From contig JANRLD010000053.1 in assembly GCA_033762915.1 (NCBI GenBank), positions 1-64,000 on the forward strand: a stretch of 64,000 bases of DNA, in the 5' to 3' direction. Position 1 is the stretch's first letter; each line of letters starts with the position of its first letter. The DNA comes from Meiothermus sp. GTDB lineage: Bacteria; Deinococcota; Deinococci; Deinococcales; Thermaceae. Under the pieces are notes generated by a model. It had not been told where the DNA came from and searched no databases. It worked only from the letters and a program-made list of their open reading frames with translations. The translations under genes and the position numbers were made by a program. Positions 40,758-50,937 of the stretch are shown here, in pieces.

Positions 40758-41483
40758 CTACCTGCCAAGATCGAGTAGTTCTGCCTCAAACCCTTTGAAC
40801 TTCCGATGCAGGGTCATGACGGTTTGAACCTCAACGCTATGAGTCGAAAACAGACGCACAAGACAAGCGAGCCCTTCTATGGCGAACGCACAAGCTTGTG
40901 CAATCGCAAGACACGATAAACCGATGTTCGCATTATTCGCTTGAGGCCCGGAACTGAAAGTCAAGCCCTTATCTGAGGGTTCCAAAGATAAGCCCTGTTG
41001 GATTTGTGGGTTGTAGTGTTTGAACATGCAAAGCATTCGATAAGTGGACTTATACTCATCTTCAGCTGCTTTTTTCGCATCGGGTACACCCAAAAACTCG
41101 AACCAAAGTTTTCGCGCCGCTTTACTTTTTGTGAAAGTATTTGCGTCGTCCTTATGTTCAAGCCAGCCCCTAGCTTTCTCAGGAGATACACCAACATCTT
41201 GCATCGTAGCAATTAGCTCATACACAGACGCGAGTAAACTCATCGCTTGTGCTTGATAGCCGATGGATGCGGAAAGGTGAATCACCCTCAAATCATCGAG
41301 CAAACGACACAGCAGGTGAACGTGTACCCGCCTAAGGTCTTCTTGATGAGTGGTGTTACTTGCGAGTTCATCCAAAACACTCCCGAGGAACTCCGTCGTC
41401 TCGAGCAAGATTTGCTCCAGTGGGAACGTTTTTTGAATTATTGCCTTCCACGCCTCATCTTCTTCTGAATACAGCAGTTCCAT
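40758..41483 (-). CDS. AT-rich hypothetical protein (DUF5677-like, tentative)
   Basis: 241-aa helical ORF with Y..LC..KH motif; GC lower than flanks. Confidence 0.6.
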   Translation of the reverse strand: MELLYSEEDEAWKAIIQKTFPLEQILLETTEFLGSVLDELASNTTHQEDLRRVHVHLLCRLLDDLRVIHLSASIGYQAQAMSLLASVYELIATMQDVGVSPEKARGWLEHKDDANTFTKSKAARKLWFEFLGVPDAKKAAEDEYKSTYRMLCMFKHYNPQIQQGLSLEPSDKGLTFSSGPQANNANIGLSCLAIAQACAFAIEGLACLVRLFSTHSVEVQTVMTLHRKFKGFEAELLDLGR

Positions 41484-41564
41484 TGTAGAAATTTAGCATG
41501 CGACACGTGTTTTTTGATCAAGATTGACTCTGTACTCTGCTCAATCCAGACGTAACGGAATAGC

Positions 41565-42017
41565 TCAGACCCGAATAAACTCCGCCACTTTCGTGTTGCG
41601 CCTCAACGCCCGCAAGTCCTCCTCGGTGGGCAACTGCGGGCGGTCGCGCTCGGCGTTGACCAGGCACAAGAAGCCTAGCGGCTCGCCCTCGGCGGCACGA
41701 AACTGGTGCCAGGTCAGGGGCGGGACCGAGATCAGGTCGTGGAGCTTGATGGGGCTCACTTCCTCGCCCACCAGACAGCTCCCGCTGCCGCGCAGGATCA
41801 TCACCGCGTGGACGTGCTGGTGGCGCTCAAGGGTGGAGTGCCCGCCCGGCCCCACCTCGAAGTAGCGCCACTGCGCCGCCAGCCCCTCGTCCTCGAACAG
41901 CACCTGCCGGGTCACATCCTTGAAGGGCGCAGAGCCCTCGGCCTTGTACTCCAGCACCTCCACGTCCTCCCAGGTGTAGTCGCGGTGGGCTCGCTTGGGC
42001 TTGGTGGCGGTCTTCAT
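41565..42017 (-). CDS. Cupin, probable methylthioxylulose-5-phosphate methylsulfurylase
   Basis: YFEVGPGGHSTLERHQHVH, WHQF, GFLCLVN..RDRP; directly downstream of RLP. Confidence 0.78.
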   Translation of the reverse strand: MKTATKPKRAHRDYTWEDVEVLEYKAEGSAPFKDVTRQVLFEDEGLAAQWRYFEVGPGGHSTLERHQHVHAVMILRGSGSCLVGEEVSPIKLHDLISVPPLTWHQFRAAEGEPLGFLCLVNAERDRPQLPTEEDLRALRRNTKVAEFIRV

Positions 42018-42050
42018 GGGTACAGGATACGGGGAGGAGGAATGGAGATC

Positions 42051-42162
42051 AAAGGCAATCCCCCACCGCTACGCGGAGCCCCCTTGTTAAGGGGGCCAAA
42101 GACGGGTGTGGTTATGGCCCCCTTAACAAGGGGGCTGCCCGAAGGGCTGGGGGATTGCCTTT
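42051..42162. repeat. REP-doublet-like long palindrome
   Basis: Outer AAAGGCAATCCCCCA/TGGGGGATTGCCTTT; inner AGCCCCCTTGTTAAGGGGGCCA/TGGCCCCCTTAACAAGGGGGCT. Confidence 0.8.
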
Positions 42163-42165
42163 AGC

Positions 42166-43257
42166 TCAAACCGCCACTCGAGCCACTTTTTGCACGAACT
42201 CTCGAGTGCGCTCGAGCATTCGGTCGCCCGCCGCCAGCAGGTTGCCGCCGATCAACAGCATCACGTCGTCGCCGTAAAAGCGCCCCATCTCCTCGACCCG
42301 CTCCACGGTCATGCCGCCGGCCGGGACCGGCAGGCAGGGGCGCACGCCGCCCCAGTGGCCGCGGGCGGCCTCGGCCAGGTCCATGCAGGTCTGGGTGGAG
42401 TAGCTAAAACGCCCGCCGTAGTTGGGGAAGATGGTGGCGTCGGCCCCGAACAGCCGGAACAGCCGGCCCAGCAGCACCGGCGGGGCAATGCGGTTGCCCG
42501 CGAAAGCCGGGTGGGCCAGCACCGCCATGTCCAGTTCGCCCACCAGTTCGTGAAAGACCGGCAGCCCGATCAGCATGGGGGCGATCATCACCACCTTGAC
42601 ACCCTCCTCGCGGGCCACCTTTAGGTTGGCCTCGAGCACCTTGGGGCCGCCCGCCAGCATGGGGGCGTAGAGGGTGGAGAGGCCCGTGGCGGCGTTGGCC
42701 CGGGCCACGGCCTTCTGGATGGCGGGGACGCGCAGGGCAAAGGGCGCGTAGGTCTGGTTGGTGATGCCGTGGTCGTCCTTGATAATGTCCAGACCCCCCA
42801 GCGCAAAGGTGTGGGCGAGGTCGGCCAGTTGAAGCGGCCCCAGGCCCTGCGGCTTGAGGGCGGTGCAGGTGAGGGGGCGGTCGTGGGCGTGTACCAGGTG
42901 GCGCAGGCCGGCAATGCCGTACTGTGGCCCCGCGTAGGCTGCGAGCAGTTCGGGGGGCAGCTCCAGGCCCACCAGTTCCACGTCCTCTTGCAGCGAGCAG
43001 TTGCCGAACAGCACGTTCATCAGGCCCGAGACCTGGAGGGCGGTGGTCTCGACCGCCATCTGCAGCTCGACCCGAAAGTAGCCCGGCTCGGCCTCCTCGA
43101 TCGAGGCGACCCTGGCCAGGATCTGCTCGAGAATCTCCGGCTGGCGCACCGCCGAGGGCGGCATCTCGATGCTCTGCTCGACGGCGAGGGCCTGGGCCCT
43201 GGCCTCGATGTCGGCGGGGGTAGACTCGAGGTGGTATACGGCGGTGAACCGGCTCAT
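42166..43257 (-). CDS. RuBisCO-like protein (form IV, DeepYkr type)
   Basis: EQSIE, LFGNCS, GP.YGI.G, LKPQG, GGLDIIKDDHG, AHPAFAG, PAGG, IGG. Confidence 0.92.
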   Translation of the reverse strand: MSRFTAVYHLESTPADIEARAQALAVEQSIEMPPSAVRQPEILEQILARVASIEEAEPGYFRVELQMAVETTALQVSGLMNVLFGNCSLQEDVELVGLELPPELLAAYAGPQYGIAGLRHLVHAHDRPLTCTALKPQGLGPLQLADLAHTFALGGLDIIKDDHGITNQTYAPFALRVPAIQKAVARANAATGLSTLYAPMLAGGPKVLEANLKVAREEGVKVVMIAPMLIGLPVFHELVGELDMAVLAHPAFAGNRIAPPVLLGRLFRLFGADATIFPNYGGRFSYSTQTCMDLAEAARGHWGGVRPCLPVPAGGMTVERVEEMGRFYGDDVMLLIGGNLLAAGDRMLERTREFVQKVARVAV

Positions 43258-43271
43258 AGCTCGTGCCGATT

Positions 43272-43952
43272 CTAACCCACGCCCGGGCGGGGCCTCTCGG
43301 TAGCGTAGTGGTTGAAAAGCATCGCGGTCGCGGCCGCCCCCAGGAGGTGCCAGAGCGCGTGCCCCTGGAGCAGGCTCTCCGGGGCGCACAGGAGCCTCGA
43401 GTTGTCCACAACCCACACCCCGAAGGCCAGCGCAAAGCTGCCCAGGCCCGCCCAGAACCAGCGGGCGTCCAGGCCGGGATTGCGGCGCAGGTGGAGCAGC
43501 TCAGAGATCACCCCCGCCACCAGCACCGCCGCGAACAGCCACCGCCGCAGCTCCGGCACGAACCACAGCAGCAGGGCCAGCACCGCCACCAGCACTGCGT
43601 AGGCCAGCGCGAAGGATTGACCCGAGATCCGCCGGTAGAGCAGGATCGGCACGCTCAGCAGGTACATCCCCAGCACGTCGACGAACTGCCCCGCGAAGCT
43701 CAGCGAGGCGTGGTAGAAGGCACTGCCCAGCCCCACCAGCGCCGCCGAGGCCGCAAACACGACCTGCATGCCGCGCAGCCGCGCCTCCACCCGCCGCGCC
43801 CCAATCCATGCCGCCGCCAGCACGAAGGCCAGCGACGACCAAGTGTTCACCGGCTGGCGCAGCCACCCCTCCCCCACCGCCTCACAGAAGCAGCCGCCGG
43901 GCATGCAGGTGGCCTGCCGCCAGCCCTCCCAAACCGAGGCCAGAGTGTCCAT
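43272..43952 (-). CDS. Ceramidase-like (CREST) membrane protein
   Basis: FCE, QPVNTWSS, GS.FYH..D, GHALWH. Confidence 0.78.
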   Translation of the reverse strand: MDTLASVWEGWRQATCMPGGCFCEAVGEGWLRQPVNTWSSLAFVLAAAWIGARRVEARLRGMQVVFAASAALVGLGSAFYHASLSFAGQFVDVLGMYLLSVPILLYRRISGQSFALAYAVLVAVLALLLWFVPELRRWLFAAVLVAGVISELLHLRRNPGLDARWFWAGLGSFALAFGVWVVDNSRLLCAPESLLQGHALWHLLGAAATAMLFNHYATERPRPGVG

Positions 43953-43995
43953 CGCAATCCATAGTCTATGCCCGCCTAGGCTGTAAACTACCCCT

Positions 43996-44331
43996 ATGGT
44001 GGACTACGACCTCTCCGAATCGGCGCTGGTCAGCCTGGTGACGCTGTCCCTGGAGGGCCAGACCGGGCTGCGCTTGGCCCAGCCCGGCGCCCGCAGCGTG
44101 GGCGACGTGCTCTCCGGGCGGCGCGGGCGTCCGGTGCGTCTGGAGCGCGAGGGCGACAGCCTGACCGTTGACCTCAGCGTGTGCATTGACTACGGCAAGC
44201 CCGTCCAAGACCTGGCCAGAGAGGCCCAAAAGACCGTCGCCGATACCCTGGTCGCCAGCACCGGCCTCAAGGTGCGCTCGGTGAACGTGACGGTGGTGGC
44301 GGTGGAGTACAAGGAGCCGAATGCGGCCTAG
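43996..44331 (+). CDS. Asp23/Gls24 family protein
   Basis: VDL.V.IDYG..V..LA...Q..V...TGL.V..VNV.V; asp23-nusB-folD order. Confidence 0.85.
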   Translation: MVDYDLSESALVSLVTLSLEGQTGLRLAQPGARSVGDVLSGRRGRPVRLEREGDSLTVDLSVCIDYGKPVQDLAREAQKTVADTLVASTGLKVRSVNVTVVAVEYKEPNAA

Positions 44332-44423
44332 CGGCGAGGGGGCAGGGAACACCCAGCAGGGGAAGGGGATTTACTGTTTCACTGTTCCCCGTCCTTTGCC
44401 GCCTACCTCCGCAAGGGGGCCCC

Positions 44424-44876
44424 ATGAGACGTAAGGCCCGCGAGCTCGCCTTCAAGGTGCTGTTCGAGCAAAGCTTCGGCAACTCGAGCTTTTCGGAGGC
44501 CTGGAACAACTCCACCCAGGGCCTCGAGCCCGACGAGGAGGCCGACGACGCGCTGGACAAGGAGGGGCTGAAGTTCGCCCTTGATCTGGTCGAGGGATTC
44601 GAGCAGCATGAGGCGGAGATCAACGGCGTGCTCGAGGCCACCATACAGGGCTGGAGCTTCGGCCAGATGGCCAAGACCGACCTAGCGGTGCTGCGCCTAG
44701 CCGCCTACGAGATGCTCTATCTCCCCACCCCCTACCCCGCCCTGATCGAAGTCGCGGTCAAGATCGCCAAGCGCTACGGTGGCGAGGACTCGGGCCGCTT
44801 CGTGAACGGCGTGCTGGCCCGGCTGCTAAAGCGGGTCGAGGCGGGAGAGTTGGCGGCAGTGGAGAAAAGCGGCTAG
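44424..44876 (+). CDS. nusB: Antitermination factor NusB
   Basis: RRKARELA, D.AVLRLA.YE, IAKRYG..DSGRFVNGVL. Confidence 0.95.
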   Translation: MRRKARELAFKVLFEQSFGNSSFSEAWNNSTQGLEPDEEADDALDKEGLKFALDLVEGFEQHEAEINGVLEATIQGWSFGQMAKTDLAVLRLAAYEMLYLPTPYPALIEVAVKIAKRYGGEDSGRFVNGVLARLLKRVEAGELAAVEKSG

Positions 44877-45064
44877 CCATTGGCAACCAGGTTGCGCCCG
44901 CATAAGATGTGCCATCGGCCGTCGCCCTGTGCGCCGACTGCGGGCGCGATCCCAGACGGGCGGCACACACGCCGAAGGCCTGTAGCTTCTACCTGAGGGC
45001 TCATTGCCAACCGCCAACCGCCCAGTACGGTCCCGTTTACCCGCGCACACATCGAGGTACGTCC

Positions 45065-45919
45065 ATGATCGAACTATCCGGCCCTCCCGTGGCGGAGGCG
45101 GTGTATGAAGAGCTGAAGGCCAAGCTGGCGGGACTGCCATATGTGCCGCATTTGCGGGTGGTGCGGGTGGGGGAAGACCCGGCCTCGGTGTCGTATGTGC
45201 GGCTGAAGGATCGGCAGGCCAAGAAGATCGGGCTTGACAGCCAGGTGGACGTGTTCGCCGAGGGCATCTCGCAGGAGGAGTTGCTGGAGCACGTCCGGGC
45301 GCTTAACGCCGACGACGGGGTGGACGGGATTCTGGTGCAGTTCCCCACCCCCAGGCACATCAGCCAGCAGGCGGTGCTCGAGACCATCAGCCCGCTCAAG
45401 GACGTGGACGGCCTGACCCCCGTGAGCGCAGGAAGGCTGTGGATGGGCGAGGAGGCCCTCGAGTCCTGCACGCCCGCCGGGGTGATGCGCATCCTGAGGT
45501 ACTACGGCGTCTCGGTATCGGCCAGGGAGGTGGTGATCATCAACCGCTCCAACCTGGTGGGCAAGCCACTGGCCGCGATGATGCTGCGCGAGAACGCCAC
45601 CGTCACCATCGCCCACTCCCGCACCGCCGACCTACCCGCAGTGGCCCGCCGCGCCGACATCCTGGTGACCGCCGTGGGCCGCCCCGGCTTCATCACCCCG
45701 GAGTGGGTCAAGCCCGGCGCCGCGGTGGTGGATGTGAGCATCAACCGCGTGGGCCAAAACGATAAGGGCCGCGACATCTTGGTGGGCGACTGCGCCCCGG
45801 AGGTCGCCTCCGTGGCCTCCGCCCTGACCCCCGTCCCCGGCGGCGTGGGGCCGATGACCGTGGCGATGCTGCTGTCCAACACGGTCACGGCGGCGATGCG
45901 GCGCCGGACGAAGCGGTAA
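45065..45919 (+). CDS. folD: Methylene-THF dehydrogenase/cyclohydrolase
   Basis: DPAS..YV..K, DGILVQ, KDVDG, CTP, RSNLVGKP, TPVPGGVGPMT. Confidence 0.96.
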   Translation: MIELSGPPVAEAVYEELKAKLAGLPYVPHLRVVRVGEDPASVSYVRLKDRQAKKIGLDSQVDVFAEGISQEELLEHVRALNADDGVDGILVQFPTPRHISQQAVLETISPLKDVDGLTPVSAGRLWMGEEALESCTPAGVMRILRYYGVSVSAREVVIINRSNLVGKPLAAMMLRENATVTIAHSRTADLPAVARRADILVTAVGRPGFITPEWVKPGAAVVDVSINRVGQNDKGRDILVGDCAPEVASVASALTPVPGGVGPMTVAMLLSNTVTAAMRRRTKR

Positions 45920-46006
45920 CTGCACATCCGAGTCTCTAGGTGCGGGGTGTTGGCGGGGAACGCTCCAGGCCTTTAGCCGGCGGTTTTTGGTGGGTTTGCG
46001 AGGCCA

Positions 46007-46630
46007 TCAAGGGCTGTCTTGGTGTTCGGCCCCGAGCGTTCTGAAGATCAGGTCGCGGTAGTGCCTCGAGAGCGCCGCCAAGGTTAGCTTGCCGCTGGGG
46101 CGGTACCAGTGATAGGTCCAGTTAAGCGCCGAGAGCACGAAGAGCGAGGCCACCCGCACGTCGTCGACCTCGAAATCGCCGGCCTCGATACCATCCTCGA
46201 TGACCTGGCGGAAGTGGGCCTCGTAGGCGTCGCGGCGCTCGGTGATCTGCTTTTGCAGGTTGGGGTTGAGGAATTTCCACTCGTGAAAGAAGACCGTAGC
46301 GTTGTCCAGCTCCCGCACGATCACCTCAAGGTGACCCTCGATCAGCGATGAGAGGCGCTCTTTGGGCGGCAGGCTCTCGGGGATGGCCTCAGCACTGCCC
46401 AGAAAGCCGTCGGCGGCGCGGTTAACCAGCTCAAACAGCAATTCCTCCTTGGAGGCAATGTGGGCGTAGAGGCTGCCGCCTTGCAGGTTGACCGCCCGGG
46501 CCAGGTCCCGCATCGAGGTCGCGTGAAACCCCTGGGCGCTGAACAACTGCCCAGCGGCCTCGAGAATCTCGAGCCGCCGGTCGGAGCTTCTCTCCGAGCC
46601 CTGGTCTGCTAACAAACGCTTGTTCGCCAC
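46007..46630 (-). CDS. TetR family regulator (KstR2/PaaR-like)
   Basis: GFHATSMRDLA..GSLY.H..SKEELL; LNW...WY.P.G. Confidence 0.88.
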   Translation of the reverse strand: MANKRLLADQGSERSSDRRLEILEAAGQLFSAQGFHATSMRDLARAVNLQGGSLYAHIASKEELLFELVNRAADGFLGSAEAIPESLPPKERLSSLIEGHLEVIVRELDNATVFFHEWKFLNPNLQKQITERRDAYEAHFRQVIEDGIEAGDFEVDDVRVASLFVLSALNWTYHWYRPSGKLTLAALSRHYRDLIFRTLGAEHQDSP

Positions 46631-46754
46631 CTTGCGGGCGAGTATAGGGGCAGGGATGGGAAAAGTCTAGGGGACAGGGCGAAAAAGCGAGAAAGGAGGA
46701 AAGAGCAAGGAGAAACCAAACCCGTTTCGCCTTCTCCCTCCCCTCTCCTCTCTT

Positions 46755-47270
46755 TTACGCTTGTCTGGGCCCCTGGCCCAGGCTCGCCCAGCCCTGAACC
46801 GGATCCCAGGGGTATACGATCCAGGCGTCGGTCTCGGTGGCGTAGAAGTCGGGGGAGTCGTCCTTGAACTGGTTTTTCTGGGGCTTGAAGTGCAGCACCG
46901 CCACCTTGGGCTTGCCGCCCGCGATCTTGATCCGCTCACGCACCGCCACCGCCGTCTTGCCCGAGTCCCACACGTCGTCCACGATCAGGATGCGCTTGCC
47001 GTAGATCAGGGTGTCGGCGGGGAACTGGAGAAAAATCGGGTCTTTGATGGTCTCGCCCACGTCGGTGTAGAACATTACGGCGGCGGTGAGGATGTTGCGC
47101 TGGTCGGTGGCCTCGGAGACTAGGCAGGCCGGGATCATCCCGCCCCGAGTGACCGCCAGGATGCAGTCGAACTCGAGCGGATTGAACTGCCCCAGCAGCT
47201 TCGACACGCAGCCCGTGATGTCCTGCCAGGTGAGGTACTGCTTGCCGGAGTAGTTTACGCCTTCGCTCAT
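46755..47270 (-). CDS. Purine phosphoribosyltransferase
   Basis: AVTRGG.IPA, LIVDDVWDSGKT, WIVYPWD. Confidence 0.88.
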   Translation of the reverse strand: MSEGVNYSGKQYLTWQDITGCVSKLLGQFNPLEFDCILAVTRGGMIPACLVSEATDQRNILTAAVMFYTDVGETIKDPIFLQFPADTLIYGKRILIVDDVWDSGKTAVAVRERIKIAGGKPKVAVLHFKPQKNQFKDDSPDFYATETDAWIVYPWDPVQGWASLGQGPRQA

Positions 47271-47363
47271 AGGTCCCCCACAGGGGAGAAAAGAGAAAAA
47301 GGAAATCGGAAGGTGAAACCTCTGGGTCAATGCCTTCCCTTTCCCCCGTCCTCCTTACTCGCC

Positions 47364-48590
<1,227 letters not shown>

Positions 48591-48768
48591 AGCTAGTGGT
48601 GAATGCTAACACAAAATCGGCGCCAGGCTGTAGGTAAAAACCGATTCGAGACAGTCTGGCGGCCTGTGCGCCGGACCGCCCGGGTCTGCCCCTATCCGAA
48701 CCGCCAGGTGCGCTCCACACCGGCAGGGCCCGTCCGGCCCCCGGCCTCCAGACGGTAGACTGCCCAGC

Positions 48769-49287
48769 ATGGTAACTGTCGGTTCTACCAACCCGGCCAA
48801 GCTCGAGCCGGTGCGCCGGGTATTTGGCGAGGTCTTTCCGGGCCTCCAGGTGCGCGGCGTGGAGGTGCCCAGCGGCGTGCGCGACCAGCCCATCGGCTAC
48901 CAGGAGACCGCGCTGGGGGCGCGCAACCGGGCCGAGGCGGCGCTGGCGGTGGAGGGCGCAAGTTGGGGGCTGGGCCTCGAGGCGGGCGTGGAGTTCAACG
49001 ACCATGGGGCCTGGCTGTTCAATGTGGCCGTCATCGTGCGGGAGGACGGGAGGGCGGGGATGGCTCGAGGGGGCTCGGTGTGGCTACCGCCGGCCGTGGG
49101 CGAGCGGGTGCGGGCCGGCGAAGAACTTGGCCCGGTGATGGACAGTCTGGTGGGCCGCAAGGACACCAAGAAGGGACTGGGCGCGGTGGGCATCCTCACC
49201 CTCAGCCGGGTCGAGCGCATGGAGTTCTGGCGGCACACCCTCGAGCTGGCCCTGCCGCCCTTTTTGCGGCCCGAACTGTACCCGTGA
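48769..49287 (+). CDS. yjjX: Inosine/xanthosine triphosphatase (DUF84)
   Basis: VGSTNPAK, SGV.DQP, GA.NRA, GLEAG, ELG.VMD, GAVG.LT. Confidence 0.88.
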   Translation: MVTVGSTNPAKLEPVRRVFGEVFPGLQVRGVEVPSGVRDQPIGYQETALGARNRAEAALAVEGASWGLGLEAGVEFNDHGAWLFNVAVIVREDGRAGMARGGSVWLPPAVGERVRAGEELGPVMDSLVGRKDTKKGLGAVGILTLSRVERMEFWRHTLELALPPFLRPELYP

Positions 49288-49348
49288 TGTGCCTGTATGA
49301 CGGCCAAGCAGAGACCCGGGCCCTGGCCAGGGAGGCGCTGGCTTCAGA

Positions 49349-49498
49349 GTTGCGCCAGGGTGAAGGCGCGGAATCAGCGGAAGCGGCAAATACGTGCCAG
49401 GGCGAAGTGGCTTGCGCCATAGCCGCAGAGCGGCTACCCGAGGCGCAATCCCCTGCGGGAACTGGCGGGTGAAACTTTGCACTGCAACTATGGAGACG
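49349..49498. repeat. Repeat family B, inverted copy
   Basis: Reverse complement matches 12087-12250. Confidence 0.85.
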
Positions 49499-49954
49499 CT
49501 AGCTTCCCCGGGCTTCTAGCAAAGCCTCCTCCACCGAGAGGTCGGCGTGGGGGCCGGGGACGGGGTCGCGGGGCAGAAACACGTAGCGCTGCTCGGGCAG
49601 GCGCAGCAGGCGCTGCACGCCCTCGCGCACCTGCTCGCTAAGGGCGAACCAGAGGTCGTAGATTTCGATGCGGCCTTGATCCACCAGGGCCTGGCCCAGC
49701 GGGGCGAAGTGCGGGGGCTGAAAGCCCTCGAGCCTGCCGGCGTCAATCACGCCCATCTTTAACAGCACCTCGCCGAGGGGCCGGGTGCCCCCCACGGCCT
49801 CGATGCGGCCCGCCCGGAGGTAGACCCGCAGGCCGGAGGGCTCGAGGCTGAGCATCCCGGTGGCCCCGCTGGCCCCCAAAGACTTCAGCATCTCCACCGC
49901 CGAGGGGGAGGGAAAGCCGCGCTGCGGCGTGGGTTGGTCGAGGAGGGTGTCCAT
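49499..49954 (-). CDS. DUF4388-like protein
   Basis: TG.L, G.I, LGE.L...G.I, LG..L pattern. Confidence 0.65.
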   Translation of the reverse strand: MDTLLDQPTPQRGFPSPSAVEMLKSLGASGATGMLSLEPSGLRVYLRAGRIEAVGGTRPLGEVLLKMGVIDAGRLEGFQPPHFAPLGQALVDQGRIEIYDLWFALSEQVREGVQRLLRLPEQRYVFLPRDPVPGPHADLSVEEALLEARGS

Positions 49955-50080
49955 ATACTTAGCCTGATTCTAGGAGCAGGCCAGCGGTTTTGGGCGCGGA
50001 GGTTACAAGCTTAACGAGCCCATTACGGCCCCTGTTACAGGCGCCGGGGCAGTCTCGGGCGAAGGAGGCGTTCGCACGTC

Positions 50081-50503
50081 TTATAGCTCCAAACCCGCGA
50101 CCACATTGCCGACCGCGGCCTCGAGACGCCGGATGCGCTCGCGCAGGACGTCGGGGACTCGGGCCGGCCGCCCCCCCTCCAGCCATACCACCACCCCCAG
50201 GAGCCGCGCCGCCAGCTCCCCGTCGGCCCGGATCTCGCAGAGGTTCTTGAGGCTGGTGTTGCCCACGCTCACCACACGGCTAAACACCTCCACCCGCTCG
50301 TCGATTAGGATGGGCCGCGAAAAGTCCACCTCGGCTCGAGCCAGCACCATGCTGCCGCCGTCGAAGTCCACCTCCACCGCCCGGAAGTAGTGCCGCCGCC
50401 CCAGCTCGGCGTAACTCAGGTAGACCGCGTTGTTGACGTGGCCCAGCGGGTCGAGGTCGCGAAAGCGCACCTCGAGGCTGGTCTTGACCGGGAATCCGCT
50501 CAT
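50081..50503 (-). CDS. Acyl-CoA thioesterase (4HBT/hotdog)
   Basis: VRFRDLDPLGHVNNAVYLSY. Confidence 0.9.
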   Translation of the reverse strand: MSGFPVKTSLEVRFRDLDPLGHVNNAVYLSYAELGRRHYFRAVEVDFDGGSMVLARAEVDFSRPILIDERVEVFSRVVSVGNTSLKNLCEIRADGELAARLLGVVVWLEGGRPARVPDVLRERIRRLEAAVGNVVAGLEL

Positions 50504-50622
50504 GGGGGTGATTGTATCCAACGGCGTATCGCCTACGGCAAAGTCGATGCGCCGGCAGTACGCACCACCCGTAATGCTTTGGTAAGGCCGCCCGGCTAGG
50601 GTGGGGTGCATAGGAGGCGGGT

Positions 50623-50937
50623 ATGGCCTATTGGAAAGTCACCGACGGGACGGTTATCTACACCGGGGCGCTGGTCGAAGGCTCGAGCCCCTTCGCCCAG
50701 CACCTGCGCCGCGAGCTGTTCGGCCTCACCCGTGGCGAGGGGCCGCTGGTCTGGTTGATGCAAGACCGCGACGGAGCCATCGACCTCGACCCCCAGAACA
50801 ACTGGCTGCTCGACCTGTGGATCCACAACGAGGCGGCCCTCGAGGGCCTCGGTGTCTACGAGACCAGCTACGCCCCCAACCCCGCCGACATGCCCCCGCA
50901 GGCGGCGCAGCGTTTACGGGAGAAGGGGCTAGCGTAA
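50623..50937 (+). CDS. Hypothetical protein
   Basis: AGGAGG RBS, host-like codon usage. Confidence 0.65.
   Translation: MAYWKVTDGTVIYTGALVEGSSPFAQHLRRELFGLTRGEGPLVWLMQDRDGAIDLDPQNNWLLDLWIHNEAALEGLGVYETSYAPNPADMPPQAAQRLREKGLA

Noticed and set aside
48591..48768. Lysine riboswitch or a third repeat family upstream of ask
   Set aside because: No recognisable riboswitch consensus; only short word matches to 35090-35140 and 29620-29650
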